From Eledone cirrhosa (Eukaryota), in NCBI GenBank assembly GCA_964016885.1, contig OZ024757.1, forward strand, positions 32,612,001 to 32,676,000: a stretch of DNA of 64,000 nucleotides, read 5' to 3'. Below are positions 42,297 to 56,100 of this stretch, in pieces. Under the pieces are notes generated by a model, which saw only the letters and a list, made by a program, of their open reading frames with translations, had not been told where the DNA came from and did not search any database. Positions within the stretch are counted from its first letter, which is position 1, and every line of letters begins with the position of its first letter. The position numbers were made by a program, and so were the translations under genes.

Positions 42297-45227
42297 CTGT
42301 GAAATAAAAACAGAAAATAAGTGAAGTTATATCTGTGTATACATATATATATATATATATATATATATCTATGGCGGGTAAAATTCCCGAGATCCATGGA
42401 CGAGTTCTCTCCAGTGGTCTCTGTCCCTCATTATCGCTGCCATGTCCTGCATCTCCAACAGACCAGTGTCTGTCCTTACGGCATCAACATGAGGATGAAA
42501 AACTCAGAGTTGCATGGGAGCCTCCCAAATGTCAGCTCAAAAGTGACACAGAGGAGACTGAGGTTAGCTGGACATGCTCACCGACATCCAGAGTTGACAT
42601 TGCACTCAGTGCTCCTGTGGGAGCCCCTACATGGACACACTGGAAGAGGAAGACCAAGGTTAACGTATATATATATATATATATATATACACAGTGAAGG
42701 CATGTGGCTGATTGGTTAGAGAACTGGATTCGCAATCGTGAGGTTGTCAGTTCGATTCCTGGACCAGGCGATGCATTATGTCCTTGTGCAAGACACTTTA
42801 TTTTATGTTGCTCCTTCTACCTAGAGTTGCGACTGATAGATAGTATTAGCAATTGGAAAGACCAATGGAAACATTGTTTCCTCGGTCCAATTTGACGAAA
42901 GTTGATCGACAAAAATATCTATATACATATATGTATGTAAAAGGCAAACAGAAATAACAAAGCAAACGACACAGTACAATGATGAAATATATTATTAATT
43001 TTATGCTTGATATAGTAGGAAAAGAGTCTTAATGTTTCGGACACTAGGATGGACTCTCTCATTGTGTATCAACATATGAGGGTTCAATAGTCTTCTCAGT
43101 TCAATTTTTATGGTTATGCCTTAAATGGCTCCTTCGTCCAGCTGCCACTCTACACATCAAGCCTGCATTTGGTGCAAATGACAGGATTTGGGACAGAGCA
43201 GGATGGCATATTTGATTGGGTCTTGATGTTAGATCTTATATCACAAAGATGGACCAGCTGAGATATATATGATATTGTATATCCTTCGATACGGTCCAGG
43301 TTTGTTATTCAACCTGATTGTATTTTTGTTGTTGCGGTGGCTTCTGTGACTTTGTCCCCTTACACACAGTTTTCAATTTGTTACACCTTTTAACATATGT
43401 TTATTACTCTAAGATGTAATTTATCGATTTATCGATATCTTCTTATCAAGTGCTTCATGCAAAGCTCTGAATATTGTTTTCTTTCGTGGAAACTGGCTGA
43501 GCGCCACAACATTGATTTTACTAACTTCCACTCTTATATATAATTATGTGTGTGTGTGTGTGTGCTAAAGGTAAACAGAAATAACAAAAATAACAAAACA
43601 AAGGCACAGTACATGAAAGGAATATATTAGTTTAACGCTTGAAATAGCAGATACACTTATGCGTTTTCATTAGCTCAGGAAATGCCCGTGTTTACTTACA
43701 TTGTTTGTCCAATTCTGTGGACCCTTCCAATAGCTTGCATCTCCTGAGCTGGATTAAGTATTGGCTCAGTTAATATCACAAACTTGGCTTCCACTAGGTT
43801 CAGTCCATTACAACCAGTATGTACAGGGAGTAGAAGGACCGTGATTTCAGGATTGGCTTTGAAATTTGTTAGATTATTCTGGAAAAAATAAAAATGAAAT
43901 GAAATGAAATTTATATCTTACACCTAAACAGGTTTAGCTGGCCCCATATGAAGCATGTATCTCAAGGAGGTTCTTGGGTGTTATAATGATGGAGATCCTG
44001 TTGTTACAGCTCACACCTATGCAGATTTAACTGGACTCTTACAAGGTTGAGTCTTATAAGAAGTTTCTTGGATATTTTAATGATAGAGACCCTAGTCCTG
44101 TCATACAGCTCACACCTATGCACATTTAGCTGAATTCCTATGAGAATAGGAGGTTTCTTGGGTGTTTTAATAACAGGGGCCCCAGTCCTATCATGTTGTT
44201 GTCACAGTTCACATATATGCAGGTTTAGCTGGACTCCTACAAGGTTGTATCTCATAGGATATTTCTTGGGTGTTTTTAATGATAAGGACTCTAGTCCTGT
44301 TATGCTGTTGTTGTTACAGCTCACACCTATGCAGGTTTAGCTGGACTCCTAAGAGGTTTCTTTGATGTATTAATGATAAGAGTCAATATTACCATGAAAA
44401 GCAAAGAATCTTGTTTAAAAATGCAATAACTGCCCAGTCTAGGAATAGAACCCACAACCTTATGATTGTTTGTCCAAAACCCTAACCTATAGGTCCCCCG
44501 ATCAATAAACGAAATGTTTGAATTTACAATACAAACCTGACACAGTTTCCCTGGAGATAAAACTGCATAATTAATGCCATTCACAGTCAATGCTTGACCA
44601 ATAATATCTAACACACTTGACCACTGAAATAAAAATAATATAATCCAAATATTTTCAAAAACAGAAAGAAATGGGTTTTTTTTAAATAGAGAATTTTCAT
44701 CATTGTCATCATTAACATCATCATTTTACATCTGCTTTCCTTACTGGAATGGGTCTGGCAGGTTAGAGCAACCCCATCTTGTTCATACATTCCATATTTG
44801 GCATGGTTTCTAAATTTGGATACTTTTCTTAATGCCAACCACATTACAGAGTGTACTGGGAGCATTTTACCATAACACTACCACTTTACAGACTGTACTG
44901 GAGGAGTATTATCGCAGCATCACCACCACTACCACTTTACAGAGTGAACTAAGTACATTTTACCAAGTCACTACCACTAGTACTTTGCAGAATGTACTGG
45001 GTGCATTTTATCATGGCACCAACACTTGAGAGATTGTCATATGCTCAGCCAGACTGATGTGACCTTTCAAACCCTTTACTTTCCATTCCGATCACCAATA
45101 TTTTACAGAGTGTATTGGATGCATTTTATCATAGCACCAACACTAGTGAGGTTGACATAGTTATAGATAAATATATAAAAGAAAGAAAAGATGTTGATAA
45201 AAAATGAGCTATCAGTCGAGCTTCCAT

Positions 45228-45258
<31 letters not shown>

Positions 45259-46758
45259 GGGAGCAATTGAGGAAAAGAGTGAAAGTATGATGGGAGAAAC
45301 AATGTGATTAGGGTGAGAAGAGAGGAAAGGAATAATGGAGGAAACCATAATAGAAGGAGAAGGTAAATCAAGAAAGAGGTCGGAGTATGATAGGGGAAAT
45401 AGTTTGATTGGTGGAGAGGGTTTAGTAGAGGAAGGGAATAATGAGGAGACCAAAATGATAGGGTGTGTAGTTGCCACCGGTACATAGTATCAGCAATGGA
45501 AAGACCAATGTGAATATTGTTTCCTTGGTCTAATTTACAGACCTGTCAACTCACTCTGTCCAACGGATATCTCCCACCCAATTTGGGGTGAGTGAGAGAT
45601 GCCTTCTCTTGTGAAAATGGGTATAGCTTTCATTATGTAAAATCTCCCCATTTTGCCTCATTTCTTCCTGTTTTGGAGCACCATTTTTCATGGTACTCCC
45701 ACGATTAGGTTTTTAGAGGTCGGCAGCAGGTTTGAATTTAATGAGTTCCACCCAACTCAGTAAGTGAATGAGGTCTGAGATCTTGTCGATCATAAAGAAG
45801 ACGATGATGAGAAAATATAATAGATGAAGGATTAATGGAATGAAAATATCTTACTGTAGAAAACACAAGTGTTTTAGCAAATTGATCTCTCCTTCGTATC
45901 TTTAAAAGACAATGTACAATAGCTGTCACTTTGGTTGAGTAGCTACCCTGAAATAAATAAATAACAATGAAGCTAAGTCCTAATTCTATAAATAGATATA
46001 TATCATAATATAATAAAGGGAGGAGTGCGGGACTGCATCCAGATATATTTTTTTATTACGTTTGTAAAATAAGTTGGAATACTTTGAATAAATAATGAAT
46101 GAATATTACATAATTTATCTACTAAATTTCGTAACTCTTGATTAAATATAAATAATTTTATTGCTTATTTTAAGATTCACTTCTTTAAAATTTTCAAATG
46201 TCAACACTTCCGGTTAGCGTTCGTTATATTATAATACTTATTACATTGCTTATATAAATGTTCATATAGGCAGTGTATCTCATAAGAAATATGGTGAGGG
46301 AAGGATTAAAAATAAAAATACTATATAGAGATAAAATACTGTATTTCATTAGGAATATGGTGAGGAAAAAGTTACTATACCTTCATGGAGATATCATCTT
46401 CATCATTGAAGACACCAGACTTTTCCATAGAGACATAGTTGATGTCATTAAAGTGTGTGCTTTGACGACATGTTGGACACTTTAAGTATCCTTGAGATCT
46501 TTTAATGATGATGTAGATACAGGATATACAGTAGAAGTGGCCACATATCAACACAGCCCACTAGACAAAAAGAGAAATATGAATATATTTTGGTCAGTTT
46601 TCTTTTCAAAGATTCCTAACTACAGCTGAGGGAATTGTTAGAGGTTCCTATGTATGTATGTATATATATATATGTATACATAGGAAGCCTCTAGCCATTT
46701 CCCCAACTGTAGTTAGGAACCATTGAAATATAGATAATTCAAAATTAAAAGATATATG

Positions 46759-46790
<32 letters not shown>

Positions 46791-47613
46791 AAGGACCATA
46801 TATCCATGAGAAAACATTATATATTGTATATATACAGAGCAGATATTTCAAAGAAGAATATGTACTGAAGATGGAACCAATAACATTCCTGATAGCGCTA
46901 TTTCATGTCTTGTAGAGTCACAACCTAAAAACAATCTATGTAATTAATCATCGATCACAAACTTTTTATTGAGAAGCACAAAAATCAAACATATTTGATA
47001 TGTTTTGATACCTCATATTTGTAAATATATATATATACATACACATATACATATAAGCATGAGTGAATTAGATTATGGTGGCAATTGAAAATTAAAAAAA
47101 TTAGAATTAGAAGCTTTCATTGTATATTGACTACAAAAAAATAGTCTAATATTAGGGCATATGAACCCCCATAATGGAGAAAATGTGTGGACATGCTAAT
47201 GCCCATTTTTGACTATTTTCTGTAGTCAATATACGTGAAAGCTTATAATTTTATTTTCAATATATATATTATATATATATATATACAGTGTACCCCCAAC
47301 ATTCGTGGTCCTGGTTGTTTGCAGAATTTTCATTAGAACCTAACTAATAATTGTTCGTGGAAAGCACCATTTATTTGCAGAATCGTAAATATCTTCCGTG
47401 ATTTTTTTTAATGGTTTTTCCGTGGCAATATATATTTTTTTCACGCTTTGTAACGCTACATTATTAATAACAATATACCGTATTTGCTGGTCTATATTTT
47501 ACATTATGTTTTGACGCTTATAGGCATTTTTATGGACTAAATCCAATATTTGCGGTTTTTCACTCCTCGTGGGTGCTCTAGGAACGTAACACACACGAAA
47601 ACCAGAGGACTAC

Positions 47614-47650
<37 letters not shown>

Positions 47651-50600
47651 CTACGTTGGTATGGACACGTGATGCGCATGAAAGTCGATAGCTGTATAAC
47701 AAAGTGCAGGGCAATAAAGATAGACGGTAGCCACGGAATAGGCAGACCTAGAAAAACCTGGGACGAGCTGATAAACTCCGACCTCACGCACTTACACCTC
47801 TCCAAGACAATGTCACTGGACCGAGACCTTTGGCGGTACTCAGTAACAGAGAAGACCCGCCTTACCTAAATACATAGTAAAACCTACTACAGCCAGTAGG
47901 CATCTCTAACAAAATACACCCCGTCCCGCCACCACCTCCCCCACCCCGTTCTATGTAAAGTTATGTTGGTGCCGCGCCATCCAGGCCGAAACAAATGAGA
48001 TCGTGTAGGTGTCACGACAAAAAAAAACACACAGTCCACGCTGTAATGTGGCCGTGTAGGCAACACGGTAAAAACCTCCCAGACCCACACTGTAAATGTG
48101 GTTGGTGTTAGGAAGGGCATCCAACTGTAGAAAACCTGCCAGACAGTCCTATGCGAGCAAGACAATCACTCTTGCCTCAAGTGGGACTACCCCCGTCCAA
48201 ACCCATGCAAGCGTGGAACACGGACGTTAAACGTTGATGATGATGATGATATATGTAGTATAGCAAGTTGATGATATATATGGTAGTTCTGAGTGTTTGT
48301 TCCACGTACCTTGTCTTTTAATACCTCCAAACAAATCAAACACTGGGTGGGCGGAGAGTTTTCAGATGGATTAGCATCCTGGAATAGAAACCATTCTCAA
48401 CAATCAAATAATTCACCATGTAATATAATACAGAATCAAAATTAGTTTTCCTCTTACTCTTTTACTGCTTTCAGTCACAAGACTGGGGTACCACATTGAG
48501 GGGTACCACTCATTCATATCGACCCCTTTTAAAAGTCTGGGTCTTATTTTATCAATCTCTTTTTGTGTTGATCTCTGGATTTGACTTGTCTCAAAACTTG
48601 ACAACCTATCTGACCCAAGCAAGCATGAATAAAATGGATGTTAAACAATGATGATGATGACATTACAGGATACAAATATAAACAGACAGATACTCTCCTC
48701 TATCTTCCTATTTCTTCTTTAATTTCTCATTCTATTTTCTGATGAAGGACTAACGTCCAAAATGTGAAGACTTTTCCTACTATATTAAGTGTTAAACTAA
48801 TATATATCTTCATTGAACATCATCATCTGTTGTGTTTTTTCTGTTTTCTTTTCACACAATATATATATATATATATATAGAATAGAAAACGAAAAATCAG
48901 TGATGCATCTGAACTCAACAATTTATTGTGTTACAATTGTTTCGCCGGCAGACAGCTCGAGACTCGATCATTGTGTGGATCCGTCTGATTCTGGACCCGC
49001 ATCTTAGCTACCATCAGACACACATATATATATATGTATATCCAGCACTCACTGTAAATGAGGTTGGCATTAGGAAGGGCATCCAGCTGTAGAAATCAAG
49101 CCAAAATCAGTTCTGTATGAGCAAAGCATCGTCACCTGACCTGGCATTGCCCACAACAGGACAACCAGTCAAACCCATGCTAGCGTGGAAGAATGGACGT
49201 AAAACGGTGATGATGATGATGTTATATATTCATACATACAATGGGCTTCGGCAGTTCCAATACCAACTTACACTCACAAGGCATTAGTCATCTTAAGACT
49301 ATAGTAGATAAGTGAGCAATGTGTAATGACCTTGGTCTTGAAACACCTGATCTATATATAAAGTAAAGAATGTATAATGACCTTGGCTAAATTTTGCAAG
49401 TAAAACAGTTGTCCAAATCTCCTCTTCAAATCATTGTCAGCTGATATTTTCTCATACCTCAGTCTGGTTTCTTTTTCTTTCAACTGTAAATAGAAATATA
49501 CAACATGAAATAATAAATATGTAAAGAGAGAGAGATGAAGAGACAGTATATCATCTAATTAGTTGTTATTTGTCGTCCCAAGAAGACATACGTCAAGCAA
49601 CTTGAGGACGATACTGGATGCACTGCGGAAGAACTGGCAAACGCTATGAGAGACAGAGATGGATGGAGGAAACGTGTCGTAGAAAGCCGAGGAAGCTCGA
49701 CCTGATGATGATGAGATGTTATTTAACCCTTTAGCATTTAAATTACTCTATTACTATTGTATTTTCACAGTAAAAGCTTTAGCTTACATAATTATCTCAC
49801 ATAATATTGAATATACAAGACTTTGATGTTATTTATTTTGAGAACAATACCTTAGTGTAAGTTTGAGTGACCAGTTACAGCTGGTTTGAACAGAAAGAGA
49901 TGAGAGAGTTCTGGCCGGATACAGCTGGTTTAAATGCTAAAAGGGTTAAATGATGTGAAAAAATATTTGATTGGTTGTTTTTTAACTGTTAGTGACCTGT
50001 ACCACATGAAACTACAGGGTGAGTCATAAGCAAACTGGCCAGTCCAACATTTATTTTCCAAATGATAATATTTACTAAAATTCTGGTCACACTGTACAAA
50101 ATTATAAATACATCAAACAAAACTATAATTAGAATAAGTGTTTGAAAAGCTGATCCCTGACCCCGTTCCTCAATATATTTTGAAGCTCTATCAAGAACAG
50201 AATAGCATATATGTCAACGCAAGTCGACATTGATTTCTGTACAAGAATTCACTATCCTTGCTTTAAGGTGCTGAACAGTTCTTGGTTTTCCAGCGTAGAC
50301 TGAATTCTTCAGTGTGTATGACAGTGTGTACTGGGTGCTTTTTGCCGTATCTTTTACACGTCCACTTTACAGTGTGGGATGGGTGTTTTGGGACTGGTTT
50401 TCTATGGCTGGATGCCCTTCCTAATGTCAACCACATTTATAGTGTAGACTGAGAGAGAGAAGAATATCATTGGTTGTTATTTGGGAATTTTCAAAGTCAA
50501 CATCATTTAAAGAGAGAGAGAGAGAAATGTTTGGGTCACACAAAGGCTAAGAAATAAAATACCACAATGTTTTCAGCACTGAAATACTTAAAGGAAAATA

Positions 50601-53064
50601 ACAACTGTTATTATTATATTGATTATATAAGAGAATAAGAAAGTTCTAGAAGCTTACTTCATATTGATAAATAACGTTAACAGAGGAATTGCTAGCTTTC
50701 TCTCCTGGGTAAGGTAATCTCATCCGTGTGATACACATATTTACTTCATCATAAACTCTTACTTGATCTCGCAGCCAAAATACCAATTTACTCATCAACT
50801 GTATAAAAGAAATAGTTAAAATAAGATTATGGACGAAATATGAAGTGACCACCACAGTTCTGATCCCCTTATTTTAATAGCATAACTTCATTGATCTGAG
50901 TCTCAAACGGTCAGAAGAAAGAGGTTAGACTGAAGCAAAATTTTTAACCTTATAAGGTAATAAATACTTACAGGAAATTCTTTGCGGTAAATTTCAAACA
51001 ACTTCAAATGAAGAGCAGCCTGCTGGTCTAGGTCTGGGTTACTGTCTGTTAATGAAAATGATAAATCCTTTTAATAACAAACTACCTGGAACTGCCCCTG
51101 GGTGCTCATCATCATCATTTAACATCCATCTTCCATGCTAGCATGGGTTGGACGGTTTTGTCCCACTTGAGGCAAGATTGGTCGAGAGACCGTGTCTCGC
51201 TCGTACAGAACTGTTTCTAGCAGGTTTTCTATGGCTGGATGCCCTTCCTAACACCAACCACATTTACAGTGTGGACTGAGAGCCTTTTTACTGTGCCTCC
51301 TACACAACCACTTTACAGTGTGTGTGTGTATATATATATATCGTCATCATCATCATTTAACGTTCTCTTTCCCTGCTACCTTTGTTAAGCTATGTTCCAA
51401 ACACCAGATAAATAATGAGAAAGTTACTGTATATACTCAAATATAAACCGAGGAATATGTGACAAAAAATTGATGGTAAAATAAAATAGGGTTGGCTTAT
51501 ATATGCTACCTGAACAATGTGTTGATTAGCTACCTGGACTTATAAATGAGGTTTGGAAATCATAGGTAATGTCGTTCATTAACAATATGGAAATGAAAGG
51601 GTTAATGTGTTTATATTTATCTAAAAACTTTCCAACATAATTTTATGTAAGAAGCTTTGTTAAGTTATGTTCTAAACACCAGCTAAATAATGAGAAAGTT
51701 ACTGTATATATTACTAAATCCTTTAAAATTCTGGCATGGTTGTATCATGAAAAAATAGTCAGTGAGTCCTATGGCAGTGATATGCTGAGGTGGTGTGGAG
51801 CATGTCTGTTATTCTGTTAAACCACTGCTGGGATGGCTGTGTTGCTGGGAGATGAAGTTGGCAGTCTGTAGCTATGTGTAAGGCCAGCAGTAGTGTTATA
51901 CTTTGGGGGATGTAGAGTAGGGGCTGCATCTCCACCAATCCACCGTAGGGGAGATTAAGCTGGCAGCAAAGCATGAGGCCTGTAATAGTGTTTTGTTTTG
52001 GAGATGTAGAGTGGGGGCTGCGATTCTCACAATCTACCACTACAGTGGTTGTGTCTCAGGGAGATGGAATTGGTGACCCCTGTATCAGTGATATACAAGG
52101 AGTCAGAGTGTTTGTGACTCCATCACCATATCACTGGTAGAGTCATCTCGCAAAGAGATGGAGTTGGGGATTTGCAGCAAGGCCTAAGGTCTGGGGTAGT
52201 GTTATGTTGTATGGGAGCATGTCTGTGACTCTATGAATTCACTGTTGGTAGAGTCATGTTGCTAGGAGATGGAGTTGGTGACACCTGTAGCAGTGATATA
52301 CTGCGGGTTTAGAGTGTCTGTGACTCTATAAATCCACTGTTGGTAGGGTCGTATTGCTGGGAGATGGAGTTGGTGACACCTGTAGCAGTGATATACTGGG
52401 GGTTTGGAGTGTCTGTGACTATAAATCCACTGCTGATAGGGTCATATTGCTGGGAGAGGGAGTTGATGATTTGCAGCAAGGTGTAGCAGTAAAATACTGG
52501 GTTTGTGGAGTGTTTGCAACTCAGTAAATCCACTGCTGGTAAGGTCGAATCACTGGGAGATAGAGTTGATGATTTGCAGCTTGGTTTAAAGCTTGTAGTA
52601 GTGTTATATGAGAGCACGGGGAGCATGTCCAGTCTGTCTCGAGCCCAAAGATTCATCAGGCCTGTCTTTATCCTGGTCTCTGGGGCGTGAAACAACTTTG
52701 AGTACAAGACTACTCCTTGGACAGGATGCCAGTCCATCACAGGGTTAAACTCCCAGCTAATGTTGGTACTCTGGAGTACTCAGCTAAGCATACTGGAGTA
52801 ACATAAAATAAAGTGTTTTGCTCAAGAACACAACACACAACCCTGTCTAGGAATCAAACCCACAACATTATAATCATAAGTCCAACACCCTTATCACTAA
52901 GCCACACACCTCTATGTCTGTGGCTCTGTAAATCCACCACTAGTGTGGGCTTTCACTAAATTTGAAGCCTCAGTATATCATGTTATTGACCGGTCCTCTT
53001 AACAACACTCACTCTAAACACTGGTATCTATATATAAATTTGAGCAACATCCATCAATCACACA

Positions 53065-53121
<57 letters not shown>

Positions 53122-56100
53122 TATGTGTGTGTAAAAGGAAGGAAGGGGATCGTGGAAAAACAATAGCAAAAGAGCGGCTGGTGTTCCATTTGTTACGCTG
53201 TGTGTAAGTGTATGTGTGTGTCTTTGTGTGAATGTATGTCTGTGTTTGCGTGTTTATATTTATATACTCATACATATAAATGTATGCATATGCACATACA
53301 CACATACACACATATACGCTTCAGTTCTTTAACCCTTTAATGTTCAAACCGGCCAAAACCGGCCAGAATTATCTACCTCTTTCTGTTGAAACTGACTGTA
53401 ACTGGTCGCTCAAACTGATGTTAAGGTATTGTTCTCAAAATAAATACTTTCAAAATCTCATAGGTTCGATATTATGTGAGGTAAAGCCTTTACCATGAAA
53501 ATATAATAGTATATATATATAAAGTAATGTGAATGCTAAAGAGTTAAAATAACACAAACAATAATTGTTGAATTCCAAGTTTAGGAAGTATTGCACTTAC
53601 GATATAGGAAAGGAAGGTGACTGTATATACATTTCAACATGATCTCCAATTCCCCCTCGCGCCAGCTGCCAACACGGCGTCGCAACACAGAGGCACCTTC
53701 CTCGGTGTTCAGAGAGAAGTCAAGAACGTCACTGAGAAGGAATGGAGGGAGGAAAGAAGAAAAGAAGGCATTCAAATATCATTTAGAAAACTATATCAAT
53801 TATATTTTGCTAAAAATCTAAACTTCTTCTTGAGTCATCCCTACGTCAAAGATGAAGCATGCACAAAGCTCTTGCTCCAGACTTCCCGATTCCTCATCGC
53901 AGCAAGAAGATCATGTACTGTAAGGCCAGCATCCCTCACCAACAGACTCCTGGCGGTTATGTTTGGATGTCCTACTCAGTGCTTTGCATCTGGTGACCAG
54001 AGAACCAGTTTCCATGCAGGTTCATCATGGCGGGAAACATGACCAGCAAGAGTCAAGTAACAGGATTGAACTTTCGATGAAACTCGTGGTAAATCACCAT
54101 AAAGAACTTTGTTGGTAGTGTAACTTTGCCACAAAATGTTGAACACCACACATAACATCTTAGTGTAGGAACCATCAAGTCTTCTTGAGCAAACGACACT
54201 GAGAATCCAGGATACTGAGCCATATACTAAGATGGTTTCAACCATAGCTTTGAAGACTTTGCACTTCATAGATCTTGGAATGGGAGCTTTCCAGACTTTT
54301 TTTAGTGAATCTATTTCACTAGTTCTTGAGGTCATATAATGCTCAGTCAGTATAACCACCTAGATATTTAAATTGTTAAACCAGTTCGATAGGTGATCTG
54401 TCAGAAGCATGTAATGGACTGAGAGCGGCTGGACTCAAATGCATTAATTCAATTGTTGAAAAACGTTTCTGAAATATCTCACCTTTTATTAATTCTGTAG
54501 AGACAAGATTCATATTCTTCTAAGTCTTTCTTCAAAAGGCACATCTGGCACCTGACAAAAAAAAATGTTTTTTAACTCTTTAGTATTTAAACCAACCATA
54601 TCTGGTCAGAATCCTCTCACCGCTTTCTGTTCAAATCGGCCATAACTGGTCACTCATACTGACATTAAGGTATTGTTCTCAAAATAAATAGTTTCAAAAT
54701 CTCATAGATTCAATATTATGTGAGATAATTATGAGATAAAGCCTTTACCATGAAAATACAATAGAAAATATAGAGTAATGTAAATGCTAAAGGGTTAAAT
54801 GAATGAAAATATAAGGATAATATTCTTTTCTTTATTTTACTTGTTTATTGTTTTCAGTCTCTAGAATAAGGAATAGTCCATGCAGTGTCTGATTTACCAT
54901 CTGCTTAGGTGTGCTTAAGCACATGGCCCCGTTGGCCAGGGGGAGGAGGGCCCATCTTCCTGCCCAAAAAATTTTTTAGGATAAATTTTTCATCCCTCAG
55001 GGCCCAAGGATGGCGCCTCATAACTTAACTAACACAGGGTCTCATTTGTCCTAAATTCGGGACTGAGCCCATGCAAGTATGGAAAATAGATGTTAAATGA
55101 TGATGAAGAAGAAACAGATTTGGTGGTGTGCCTTATACATAGCTATAATGGTGAGAAGAGATAGACTGGTAAAATTGATGTTGGCAGTTGGGGATGGGAT
55201 ACAGACAGGTCTAAATATAACCTCTTTATACGAATGACATAGTATGTAGCAGAGTGGGTGTAGGGTGTAGGGCATGAGGGTTGGGAGAGACCAGTACCAA
55301 ACCTTGTTACATGGGTGACATGGAGCAGTGAGTAGCAAAGTGGATGTCGGAAGAGGGTTATATGGGAGCAGCACCATAGTTCATTACATGAATGACATAG
55401 GGCACTGAGTAGCAGAGTTATCATAGGATAAGGGTTGGAAGGGACCGATATAATCCTTCTTAATATGGGTGGTATGAAGGCAGTGAATAGCAGAGCGGAT
55501 GTAAGACAAGGATTGGGTGACAAAACCAAGAGCATTTTTTTTATATGGGTGGTATGGAGCCAGGGGCCTTGTAATTTGAGGCTGCTGAGTTTAAAAATGA
55601 CAATACTTTTTTCTATCAAGTCAAGTTTTTTTAATCTATGAGCTGGTCCATATTGGCCCCACCCATAACTACAAGAGAAATGTTTGATTATAATCAAAAG
55701 TTTCAACTTATACATGAATATACATGTTATAGATAGGAGTAGTGAATAGGAGAGAGGATGGGTGTATAAATAAGAATATAACAGTTGAAAATAATAATGA
55801 GAACTTACTTAAACTGTTGATGTTTCCTTTCAGCTCTGATACAACAGGAAACAGTCTCGTCAATTTCTCCTTGACTGGGTATTTTACCTTGAAACTTCTT
55901 GAATGTTTTCAGAATTTTTGTTCTCTCTGATACTAATGATGTGAGCCGTCTTGACACAATAAACTTGAGGCCTTCTATAGAGTGGATTCTGAAATATCAA
56001 AGTGTTGTTACATAAGATTGGGGCCTTATTGTCATTATCATCTCCGTTTAACAGCCATTTTTCTACATTAGCATGGGTTAGACGAATTGTCTCATTGTGA